Assembly (NCBI GenBank): GCA_043803745.1
Contig: JAZDJS010000018.1
Location: 1 to 32,602, forward strand
Direction of reading: 5' to 3'
Length of the DNA stretch: 32,602 bases
Source of the DNA: an archaeon
GTDB lineage: Archaea; SpSt-1190; DYHY01
Positions 8,023-15,469 of the stretch are shown in pieces. The first letter of the stretch is position 1; each line of letters starts with the position of its first letter. The notes beneath the pieces were generated by a model. That model made no database searches. It was not told the origin of the DNA and saw only the letters and a list, made by a program, of their open reading frames with translations. The position numbers and the translations under genes are program-made.

Positions 8023-8253
8023 ATGGCAGCCAAACGAGTTGCGGCCGTTCTCTTCGCAATGCTCCTTGCGGGAATCGTGCTTTTGGCGGGATGCGTTTCC
8101 GGCCGGGTTGCTGCTCCGGGATCCGGGACGGGAACCGTTTCCGACGAAATTTCCGTACTGGATTCGGAGCTCGCCTCCCTTGAAGGGGATTCCCTCCTCG
8201 GCGCGGGGGACGACCCTTCCGGAAGTTTCGACTCCGACATACTCGGGTCTTAG
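8023..8253 (+). CDS. Small acidic lipoprotein
   Basis: Signal peptide ending in lipobox LAGC; D/S/G-rich tail; starts 2 nt after the upstream stop. Confidence 0.75.
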   Translation: MAAKRVAAVLFAMLLAGIVLLAGCVSGRVAAPGSGTGTVSDEISVLDSELASLEGDSLLGAGDDPSGSFDSDILGS

Positions 8254-8257
8254 GGAG

Positions 8258-8283
8258 CTTCTTTTCTTTTTCTCTTTCTTTTT
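8258..8283 (+). terminator. Oligo-pyrimidine (T-rich) archaeal-type terminator
   Basis: CTTCTTTTCTTTTTCTCTTTCTTTTT immediately after the lipoprotein stop. Confidence 0.6.
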
Positions 8284-8328
8284 CCGGAAAAATCGAAAAG
8301 AACTTTAAACCTCCGCGGATTTTCATTG

Positions 8329-9414
8329 ATGATGCGGGAAAAAAAGGATGCTGACCCTCAAAGAAAGGGGGAAAATTTCGGGGACGGCTTCTCGGACGGA
8401 TTTGTTCCCCTGAAATCGCTTGATCTTTCGAAATGCAAGACGATTGACGACATTGTCAGGGGAATGTCCCTCACTGCGTTCGGGGGGCGCGAAGTTGGCG
8501 AGGCTGCCGACGCCCTTGAGAAGATGGTGCGCGACAAGTCCTGCTTCCGGGTCCTGACCCTTTCCGGGGCAATGACCGTTGCTAAAATGGGCCTCGTGAT
8601 CTGCGACATGATTGACTGCGGAATGGTTGACGCGGTCGTGTCAACGGGCGCCCTGATGGCCCACGGGTTCATCGAGGCTGCCGGGATGGCGCATTTCAAG
8701 TACGATTCCCACAAGATGGCCGATGAGGAGCTCTATCAGAAGGGCTATGACCGGGTATATGACACTCTTGAACTTGAAAGCAACCTTGACGGAGCGGAGA
8801 ACATCATCAGGGCAATCTATAGGACCCTCCCCCAAGGAGAGGAAACCTGCAGCTGGAAAATAAACCGGCTGTTCGGAAAATTCCTTTCTCAGAACACGAA
8901 AAGAAGCGAACGGGGAGTCCTCAAGTCAGCTTACCTGAACGATGTCCCCGTCTACATTCCGGCGTTCACGGATTCCGAGTTCGGCCTCGACTTTGGGATT
9001 TATCGGAGGCGGATGAAGCTCGACGGAAAGCCGCCGGCGAAATTCAATCCGTTCCACGATCTTGAAGATTACACCGCGCGGGTGAAGGCTGCCAAAAGGC
9101 TGGGGATATTCACGATTGGAGGAGGGGTCCCGAGGAACTGGGCGCAGCAGGTCGGGCCGTACCTCGACATAATAAACACCCGGATTGGCGAGGGCGGAGC
9201 GTTCAAGCGGTTCCATTATGCTGTAAGGATTTGTCCGGAACCCGCCCACTGGGGGGGCCTTTCCGGCTGCACATATTCGGAAGGGGTTTCCTGGGGAAAG
9301 TTCGTCCCGGTTAGCGAGGGCGGAGTCCAGGTTGAAGTCCACTCTGACGCGACAATTGCCTGGCCTTTCATTGTGAAGGCTGTGATGGAGCGGCTGGAGC
9401 GCAGGAAAATATGA
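8329..9414 (+). CDS. Deoxyhypusine synthase-family protein
   Basis: Motifs VVSTGA, YIPAFTDSEFG, IGGGVPRNW, GGLSGCTYSEGVSWGK (catalytic Lys in SWGK) and VHSDATIAWP; TTTAAA about 20 nt upstream. Confidence 0.92.
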   Translation: MMREKKDADPQRKGENFGDGFSDGFVPLKSLDLSKCKTIDDIVRGMSLTAFGGREVGEAADALEKMVRDKSCFRVLTLSGAMTVAKMGLVICDMIDCGMVDAVVSTGALMAHGFIEAAGMAHFKYDSHKMADEELYQKGYDRVYDTLELESNLDGAENIIRAIYRTLPQGEETCSWKINRLFGKFLSQNTKRSERGVLKSAYLNDVPVYIPAFTDSEFGLDFGIYRRRMKLDGKPPAKFNPFHDLEDYTARVKAAKRLGIFTIGGGVPRNWAQQVGPYLDIINTRIGEGGAFKRFHYAVRICPEPAHWGGLSGCTYSEGVSWGKFVPVSEGGVQVEVHSDATIAWPFIVKAVMERLERRKI

Positions 9415-9500
9415 GGGTGGTGCCTCCCGCGCGGAAGGAGGAATTGACAAGTCCTCTTCAGGGGGCTGTGATGGAGCTGCTGGAGCGCAGGAAAAAATGA
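9378..9500 (+). repeat. 37-nt direct repeat of the DHS 3' end including its stop codon
   Basis: 9378-9414 GGCTGTGATGGAGCGGCTGGAGCGCAGGAAAATATGA vs 9464-9500 GGCTGTGATGGAGCTGCTGGAGCGCAGGAAAAAATGA; 35/37 identical. Confidence 0.92.
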
Positions 9501-10357
9501 GAAAGATTGGAATTGTCGGCCTTGGAATAATGGGGCGCGGGATTGCGGAGAATTTTCTTGGGAAAAATCACCATGTTTTTGTCTGGAACCGAACGACAAG
9601 CGTTTCGGAGGAGTTCGGAAAGAGGGGCGCGATTGTCTGCTCAAGCCCGGAAAAAGTTGCAAAGAGCGCCGACATTGTCTTTGAAGTTACCGCAAACGAC
9701 GAATCCTCGCGGGAGGTTTGGCTTGGGAACGAAGGAATTATTGCGGGGGCGAACCCCGACAAGTTCCTGGTTGCCTGTGCAACTCTTTCCTCCGGCTGGG
9801 TTGACGCGCTTGCACAAGAGTGCAAAAGCCGGGGTTTTGTTTTCTTTGATGCGGCGCTGACCGGGGGGCGGATTGGGGCGGAAACTGGAAGCCTCACGCT
9901 TCTCTGCGGCGGCGATGAAAAGCTGCTTGATGAACTAAGGCCGGACCTTTCGGCAATTTCCAAAGGCGTCCTTCACTTCGGGCCGGCCGGGCAGGGGATG
10001 CGCTACAAGCTGATTTTGAATTTCCTCCAGGCAACCCACATGGCCGGATTCAACCAGGCAATGAAAATTGCCAAATCTCAGGGAATGGATTTGAAAAAGG
10101 TTTCCGATGCCCTGGTCGAGAGGCCTGGCGGGGTAATCACATCTATTGCAAAGAAGGCGTATTTCACGGAGCCCGACCCGGCGACTTTTTCGGTTGAGTG
10201 GCTTGCAAAGGACCTGGGATATGTGAGGGAAATGGCCGGGCATTCCGGCGGGCCGCTTCTTGACGCAGTCTTCGACGAATGCAGCAAAGCCGTCAAGGCC
10301 GGACTTGGGAAAAAGGACTGGGCAATGATCGGAAGGTCCCCTGCTGACGGAGAATGA
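9497..10357 (+). CDS. NAD(P)-dependent beta-hydroxyacid dehydrogenase (3-hydroxyisobutyrate dehydrogenase family)
   Basis: KIGIVGLGIMG Rossmann motif, VWNRT, FDAALTGG (DAPVSGG-like) and GQGMRYKLILN with the catalytic Lys. Confidence 0.9.
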   Translation: MRKIGIVGLGIMGRGIAENFLGKNHHVFVWNRTTSVSEEFGKRGAIVCSSPEKVAKSADIVFEVTANDESSREVWLGNEGIIAGANPDKFLVACATLSSGWVDALAQECKSRGFVFFDAALTGGRIGAETGSLTLLCGGDEKLLDELRPDLSAISKGVLHFGPAGQGMRYKLILNFLQATHMAGFNQAMKIAKSQGMDLKKVSDALVERPGGVITSIAKKAYFTEPDPATFSVEWLAKDLGYVREMAGHSGGPLLDAVFDECSKAVKAGLGKKDWAMIGRSPADGE

Positions 10358-10360
10358 ATT

Positions 10361-11644
10361 TCACTCGGTTTTTCCGGCCGGCGCAAGCTTGCAGGCTTCC
10401 TTCACGATTCTGAACGCCCCGGAAAGGTTCGGATTCTTCGTCAGCGCGCTCTTCTGCATCCGCTCGAGGTCGTCCTCATATATCGCAAGCTCCTCAACAG
10501 GGTCGAGGGGGATGTCCCAGAGGGAGTGGACGACGCGGCCCCGCTTCTCGAGTATTGCGGTCGCGATGTTCATTTCCTCATGATATCCGATCGGAGGCAG
10601 GGAATAAATCGGGGCGGGATAGAACGAAAGCTCGCTCGGCTTCGTTATCAGCGCGTCGCAGTCCCGGATCTCCTCGGCAAGCCCGGCTATTGCATCGAGC
10701 CTGCTGGAGTTTTTCACTATTCTTATCCCATCGGGGCATCCAAGGGATTCGAGCTTCTTCGCAGCCTCGAAATGGTGCCCTACATAGAACACTATTTCCG
10801 GCCTCTTCCCGGAATACTTTGTATACGAGGAGAGGAGCTTTTCCATCTGGGGGAGCTGCGCGCCTGCGCCCCCCATTGCAACGACATAGCGGGGGGTTTC
10901 GCGCGCCGTTTCTTCGGGACCCCAGGGGGCGCCCCGTATTGAATCGGGGCTTATTGGCTGGCCGGTGATCTTGACCATTTTCAGCGACCTGTCCGATGGA
11001 ACCCCGTAAACGGAGAGGGCACGGATTACGTCCTGCGCGCATTTCTCGGAGCCCACGAAATAATTCCCGGTTTCCTTCCGGACAAAGCTAGGATAGACTG
11101 CGTCGTCAAGGGGGATTATCGCAAAGCGGTTCGCATACTGCGGGTATTTGTAGAAAATGTCGCCGGGGACGAAATGGAACGAGAGGACAACCCCCTCGAG
11201 ATGGGTCTTCAGGCGGGAAATCTCGACGAGCTTCCTCGTTATTATGGACATCGTGTCAAGGCGGGAATTTTCAGCCATTTCCCGTGATGCCTCGTTCCAG
11301 CTGTATTGGAAGAAAAGCGCGCGGGAAAGGGTTTCGTAAAGGTCGCGGGCGGCCCATTCAACGAGACGGGCGCCTATCCCGGAAAGGAGAGCTGGAGCGT
11401 AAATTAGCTTCGGGACTATTTGCTCGCTTTCCGAAAGAAGCTTCCGCCTGTGGAGTTCCGCATTGGTTATTTCGGCAGCCCGCGCAACGGCTGAAGCGCC
11501 CCGGTAGTGCCCGTTGCCCGCAAGAAGATAGAGACAGTTGATTATTAGTTTCCCCTTCGGGGATGCCTTGACCGAATTCGCGATTTCCTGAAGCTCTTCG
11601 TCCGTGAGAAAATCAGAAAAGACGAACGAGAATTTCCCGGCCAT
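10361..11644 (-). CDS. GT-B fold glycosyltransferase, MGDG synthase/UgtP-like
   Basis: AGNGHYRGA, VVAMGGAGA, LITKPSELSF and PIGYHEEMN match GT28-type motif order; start at 11644 inferred from the TATA position. Confidence 0.72.
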   Translation of the reverse strand: MAGKFSFVFSDFLTDEELQEIANSVKASPKGKLIINCLYLLAGNGHYRGASAVARAAEITNAELHRRKLLSESEQIVPKLIYAPALLSGIGARLVEWAARDLYETLSRALFFQYSWNEASREMAENSRLDTMSIITRKLVEISRLKTHLEGVVLSFHFVPGDIFYKYPQYANRFAIIPLDDAVYPSFVRKETGNYFVGSEKCAQDVIRALSVYGVPSDRSLKMVKITGQPISPDSIRGAPWGPEETARETPRYVVAMGGAGAQLPQMEKLLSSYTKYSGKRPEIVFYVGHHFEAAKKLESLGCPDGIRIVKNSSRLDAIAGLAEEIRDCDALITKPSELSFYPAPIYSLPPIGYHEEMNIATAILEKRGRVVHSLWDIPLDPVEELAIYEDDLERMQKSALTKNPNLSGAFRIVKEACKLAPAGKTE

Positions 11645-11663
11645 TGCATGGACTTGGCGCATG

Positions 11664-11672
11664 TTTTTTATA
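11664..11672. promoter_or_regulatory. Probable bidirectional TATA element
   Basis: TTTTTTATA tract in a 50-nt divergent spacer, about 20 nt from ATG 11644 (-) and about 22 nt from ATG 11695 (+). Confidence 0.5.
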
Positions 11673-11694
11673 ACCTTATTGTCCCCGGCATTCA

Positions 11695-11967
11695 ATGCAT
11701 TCCTTTGAGGGCGCATTTTTGGACGCCGAGTTTTCGGAATTCCTGAATGCGATTGAGGCGGACGACCGGGAAAGTGCGCTCCAATTCATCCGGGGTTTCC
11801 GGGAACTTCTTGAGAAAAGGGACCCGCTCGACCGGGATGAAACGCTTGACTGGCTTTCGGAAAAGGTCGGGAAAATAGCCGACAAACTCGTTTTCTCGAA
11901 AGTTGTCGATTTCCTCGTTGAGAACGATTTGGTTGACAAGGGAAAACCTCCTGCAAAAAGTATTTAA
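11695..11967 (+). CDS. Small acidic helical hypothetical protein, 90 aa
   Basis: ATG start, amphipathic helical pattern, fills the gap between neighbours. Confidence 0.7.
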   Translation: MHSFEGAFLDAEFSEFLNAIEADDRESALQFIRGFRELLEKRDPLDRDETLDWLSEKVGKIADKLVFSKVVDFLVENDLVDKGKPPAKSI

Positions 11968-11991
11968 TACTTGAAAGTGAGTAATTGTTTG

Positions 11992-12909
11992 ATGAATTGC
12001 ATTGCATCAGACACCCTTTCTCCGCTTCTTAGGCCGGGCTCTCTTGAGATTCTCGGGCGCGCCGCCCTGGCAGCGGAGGAAGTTTATCCTGAACTCGTCC
12101 TCCTTTTCGGGGAAGCTGGGTCGGACAAGCCCGCACCCTCGGTTGTTTTCTTCGACAGGAAGGAGCCGGGGATGCTCGTCGCATATGGGCGGGAGCTCTC
12201 TCCGAACGCAATTGAAAGCATGCGGGGAAAGAGGAACACCCTGAAGGCAGACGCATCCGAAGCTGAGCGGGCAATGTACGTACCTCTGGGAATCCCAGGG
12301 GAAAGCTATGAGACTGTCCTTGCTGCTGTCTGCGTCGAAGCAAGCCATCTTGCGGCGGCTCCGAGGCATCCTTCGCTTCCGCTTGCAATTGCGGGAGTAC
12401 CGTCGGAACGAGGAACCCTCGGGGAAGTTGCGAACGGGCTTTTTCTTTTTGCGCGGGAGAATTATGCCGGTTTCGTGAGAATACCTCCGAACGAGCTTTT
12501 CGAGGGGATTGGAAAGGGCTATCTTTCTTCAGTCAGAGGAGTCCAATTCAAAAGGGGGCTAGCGAACAGGCTCTACCCGGTTTTGCGCGGGATTTCGCGG
12601 GCAGCCGATTCGACTGAAACGGAACGGCTGGTTGCCCAGGGAAGGGAACTGATTCTTGCCGAATCGGAAAGCCTTGTTGGCGAAACTTTCATTTCAAGGG
12701 CTGCCTGCGAGGCGCCCCGCGAAAACCATCCGAACGTTGCTGCGGCTGTCGAAAGCTTGGCAAGGCATCTTCCGGTCCAGGCGGGGCTTCTCCTATATGA
12801 GCGGGCAGAAGCTGGCTCTCCCGGGGATTTCGGGAAAATTTACGGGGCTTTCCTTGCGAACGCCGAAGCCCCGGAGATAATCCGGCTGGTTATGAAGACT
12901 CCGTATTGA
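11992..12909 (+). CDS. Hypothetical protein with a degenerate zincin-like motif
   Basis: Long ORF; ATG 11992 lies about 25 nt after TATTTAATA; AAVCVEASHLAA and NELFEGIG motifs. Confidence 0.65.
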   Translation: MNCIASDTLSPLLRPGSLEILGRAALAAEEVYPELVLLFGEAGSDKPAPSVVFFDRKEPGMLVAYGRELSPNAIESMRGKRNTLKADASEAERAMYVPLGIPGESYETVLAAVCVEASHLAAAPRHPSLPLAIAGVPSERGTLGEVANGLFLFARENYAGFVRIPPNELFEGIGKGYLSSVRGVQFKRGLANRLYPVLRGISRAADSTETERLVAQGRELILAESESLVGETFISRAACEAPRENHPNVAAAVESLARHLPVQAGLLLYERAEAGSPGDFGKIYGAFLANAEAPEIIRLVMKTPY

Positions 12910-12920
12910 CGGCGGCTTAG

Positions 12921-12952
12921 AAAAAAATAAGAAACATTTCCGAAAAACAAAA
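12921..12952 (-). terminator. T-rich terminator for the rps10 transcript
   Basis: Minus strand reads TTTTGTTTTT...TTTCTTATTTTTTT downstream of rps10. Confidence 0.5.
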
Positions 12953-12964
12953 CAGCCGGAAAGG

Positions 12965-13005
12965 ACTTGCTTTGCAAATCTCAATCTCGATGTTCTGACT
13001 CCCCC
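12965..13005 (-). repeat. Degenerate copy of the rps10 3' end
   Basis: Aligns to 13043-13082 with about 32 matches in 42 columns; NIEIE is preserved through synonymous changes. Confidence 0.75.
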
Positions 13006-13040
13006 TTGTCCAGCTCCGGCTGGACCTCGGGAATTCCTAA

Positions 13041-13355
13041 TTACTTCGCTTCGCGAAGTTCTATCTCTATGTTGACTCCCTCGGGCACGTGCAGCCTCAT
13101 TATCTGCCGCATTGCCCGGTCGTCAACGCCAAGGTCGACAAGCCTCTTGTGGACGCGCATTTCCCAGCGCTCCCAGGTCATCGTGCCCTCCCCGTCCGGC
13201 GACTTGAGCGTCGTGATCTTAAGCTTCTTCGTCGGGAGGGGGACCGGACCGGAAACCTTCACTCCGGTCTTGAGGGCAATCTCCTTTATTTGAGAGCCAA
13301 TGCTGTCAAGAACCTTCGAATCGGCGCCGGACAGCTTGATTCTCGCTTTTTGCAT
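13041..13355 (-). CDS. rps10: 30S ribosomal protein S10 (uS10)
   Basis: KARIKLSG...[15 protein letters not shown]...[22 protein letters not shown]. Confidence 0.98.
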   Translation of the reverse strand: MQKARIKLSGADSKVLDSIGSQIKEIALKTGVKVSGPVPLPTKKLKITTLKSPDGEGTMTWERWEMRVHKRLVDLGVDDRAMRQIMRLHVPEGVNIEIELREAK

Positions 13356-13366
13356 TTTGGTCTTTC

Positions 13367-14638
13367 CTAACCCGTTTTCGGAACGAGGTCGATTACCATT
13401 CCAGCGGCAACCGTCTGACCCATGTCCCTTATTGCGAACCTTCCGAGCGGCGGGAAATCTTTCGCCTTTTCAAGGCAGAACGGCTTGAGCGGTACGCATT
13501 TTATCACCGCAACGTCGCCCGTCTTGATAAAGTCCGGGTTCTCCTGCGCAACCTGACCCGTCTTGGGGTCGATTTTCTTGAGGAGCTCGGTTACGGTGCA
13601 TGCGACCTGCGCCGTGTGCGCGTGGAACACTGGAGTGTATCCCTTTGCGATTACCGTCGGGTGGTTGAGGACGACAATCTGGGCGGTGAATTCCGCGACA
13701 ACCGTTGGCGGATTGTTCGGGCTTCCGACAACATCTCCCCTGTGGACGTCGTTCTTTCCGATTCCTTTTACGGAGAATCCGATGTTGTCTCCGGGAAGCG
13801 CTTCGGTAAGCTGCTCATGATGCATCTCGATTGACTTCACTTCCGCCTTGAGCCCGGATGGCATGAAAACCACTGTGTCGTTCGGCTTGAGCCTGCCCGT
13901 TTCGACGCGGCCGACCGGAACCGTTCCGATTCCCGTTATAGTGTATGCTTCCTGGATTGGCAGCCTGAGCGGCTTGTCAACCGGCTTTTCCGGGGGCGAG
14001 AACATGTCGCATGCCTCGAGGAGCACGGGTCCCGTGTACCAGGGCATGTTGGTGCTCTTCTTGACAACGTTGTCTCCCTTGAGCCCGGAGATCGGGATGA
14101 ACTTGATTTCCTCGACCTTGTATCCTATCTGCTTGAGGAATTCGGAAACCGCTTCCTTCGTCCTTTTGAAAGCTGCCTCGGCATAGGTTTCCCTGTCCAT
14201 CTTGTTTACTGCAATTATCAGCTGCTTGATTCCCAGCGTGCGCGCCAGGAAAATGTGCTCCTTTGTCTGGGCTTGCGGACCCTCTACGCAGGAAACGACA
14301 AGGACTGCCGCATCCGCCTGGGATACCCCGGTAATCATGTTCTTGACAAAGTCGCGGTGCCCCGGAGCGTCGATTATCGTGTAGTAGTATTTCTGGGACT
14401 CGAACTTCTTGTGCGAAAGGTCGATTGTCATTCCCCTCTGGCGCTCTTCCTTGAGGCTGTCCATTACATAGGCAAGCTCGGTTCCTTCCATCCCGAACTC
14501 CTTCGCCTTGTCCTGGAGCTTTTTCATGTCTCCTTCGGAGATTGCGCCTGTGTCGAACAATACGCGCCCGACAGTCGTGCTCTTGCCGTGGTCAACGTGC
14601 CCGATAAAGATCAGGTTCATGTGCAGTTTGTTTGCCAT
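13367..14638 (-). CDS. tuf: Translation elongation factor aEF-1alpha
   Basis: [34 protein letters not shown] and [16 protein letters not shown]; ATG 14638 preceded by GGTGA. Confidence 0.99.
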   Translation of the reverse strand: MANKLHMNLIFIGHVDHGKSTTVGRVLFDTGAISEGDMKKLQDKAKEFGMEGTELAYVMDSLKEERQRGMTIDLSHKKFESQKYYYTIIDAPGHRDFVKNMITGVSQADAAVLVVSCVEGPQAQTKEHIFLARTLGIKQLIIAVNKMDRETYAEAAFKRTKEAVSEFLKQIGYKVEEIKFIPISGLKGDNVVKKSTNMPWYTGPVLLEACDMFSPPEKPVDKPLRLPIQEAYTITGIGTVPVGRVETGRLKPNDTVVFMPSGLKAEVKSIEMHHEQLTEALPGDNIGFSVKGIGKNDVHRGDVVGSPNNPPTVVAEFTAQIVVLNHPTVIAKGYTPVFHAHTAQVACTVTELLKKIDPKTGQVAQENPDFIKTGDVAVIKCVPLKPFCLEKAKDFPPLGRFAIRDMGQTVAAGMVIDLVPKTG

Positions 14639-14788
14639 TTTCTTTCGTTTCACCTTTTGTTTAGTGGTTGGGGGATGCGCCGTTTGGGCTATTTAAAAAG
14701 ATTTTGCTGGGCTCGGATTGAGCCAAAGAGCTTGCAGAAAGCTCGCCGAATGCTCACTAATAAAAACGTCTGGAGACGGAGCGGCCCC

Positions 14789-15469
14789 GTGGACTGGAAG
14801 AAACCCCTTCTGTTTATTTTCGGGATAATTGCGTACATTGGGCTTTTTTTCCTCCTTTACGAGCTTTTCCTTGACAGGAACCGGATAATCGACCTTGCCG
14901 GGGACGGGGGCGTCCTGGGACCGGCGATAATTGTCGCGCTCTTCATACTGCAGGCGGTCGTCTTCTTCCTCCCGGGGAACGTTGTCACGATTGCCTCCGG
15001 ATACCTTTTCGGCTTTTGGGGCGCGCTTTTCCTCAATTTCTTCGGCAGCCTTCTCGGGACGGCGCTCCTTTTCATTCTCGCGAGGAGGGCGAGCAGGTTT
15101 TTCGGCTACTCGAAGCTTGTTCTTGCCGAGCTCGATTACATCAAGCAGTTCTTCAAGAAGGCGCGCTCACGGCGGAAGGCATATGTCCTGACAAGGGCCG
15201 CTCCGATGGTTCCGGGGGACACCGTGACCGTTTTCGTCGCGTCATTCACGAAAAACTCATTCTGGGAGTTCATGTTTTTCGTTGCAATTGGCTCGGTTCC
15301 AAAGACAGTCCTTGACACTTTTGCCGGAACGGTAATTCGGGAATACGGGCTGATAAGCTATCCCTTTCTCTGGGTCTTCTCCTTCCTCGTCCTGCTTCTC
15401 ATCGCGGACTTTTTGATTGAGAAGAAGAAGGGGCTTGTCCAGAAAATCAAGCTTCCCTGGAAGGTTTGA
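14789..15469 (+). CDS. TVP38/TMEM64 (DedA superfamily, VTT domain) membrane protein
   Basis: LQAVVFFLPG..VTIASGYLFG.WGA...G..LG, TRAAPMVPGD and FWEFMFFVAIGSVP; start GTG 14789 (alternative ATG 14750). Stop abuts the aEF-2 stop. Confidence 0.85.
   Translation: MDWKKPLLFIFGIIAYIGLFFLLYELFLDRNRIIDLAGDGGVLGPAIIVALFILQAVVFFLPGNVVTIASGYLFGFWGALFLNFFGSLLGTALLFILARRASRFFGYSKLVLAELDYIKQFFKKARSRRKAYVLTRAAPMVPGDTVTVFVASFTKNSFWEFMFFVAIGSVPKTVLDTFAGTVIREYGLISYPFLWVFSFLVLLLIADFLIEKKKGLVQKIKLPWKV

Noticed and set aside
7220-8326. 368-aa minus-strand ORF
   Set aside because: Lies antisense to two credible exported-protein genes and has no motifs.
14255-14749. N-terminal extension of the 404-aa plus-strand ORF
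   Set aside because: Overlaps tuf antisense; the TVP38-like sequence starts only near 14750-14789.
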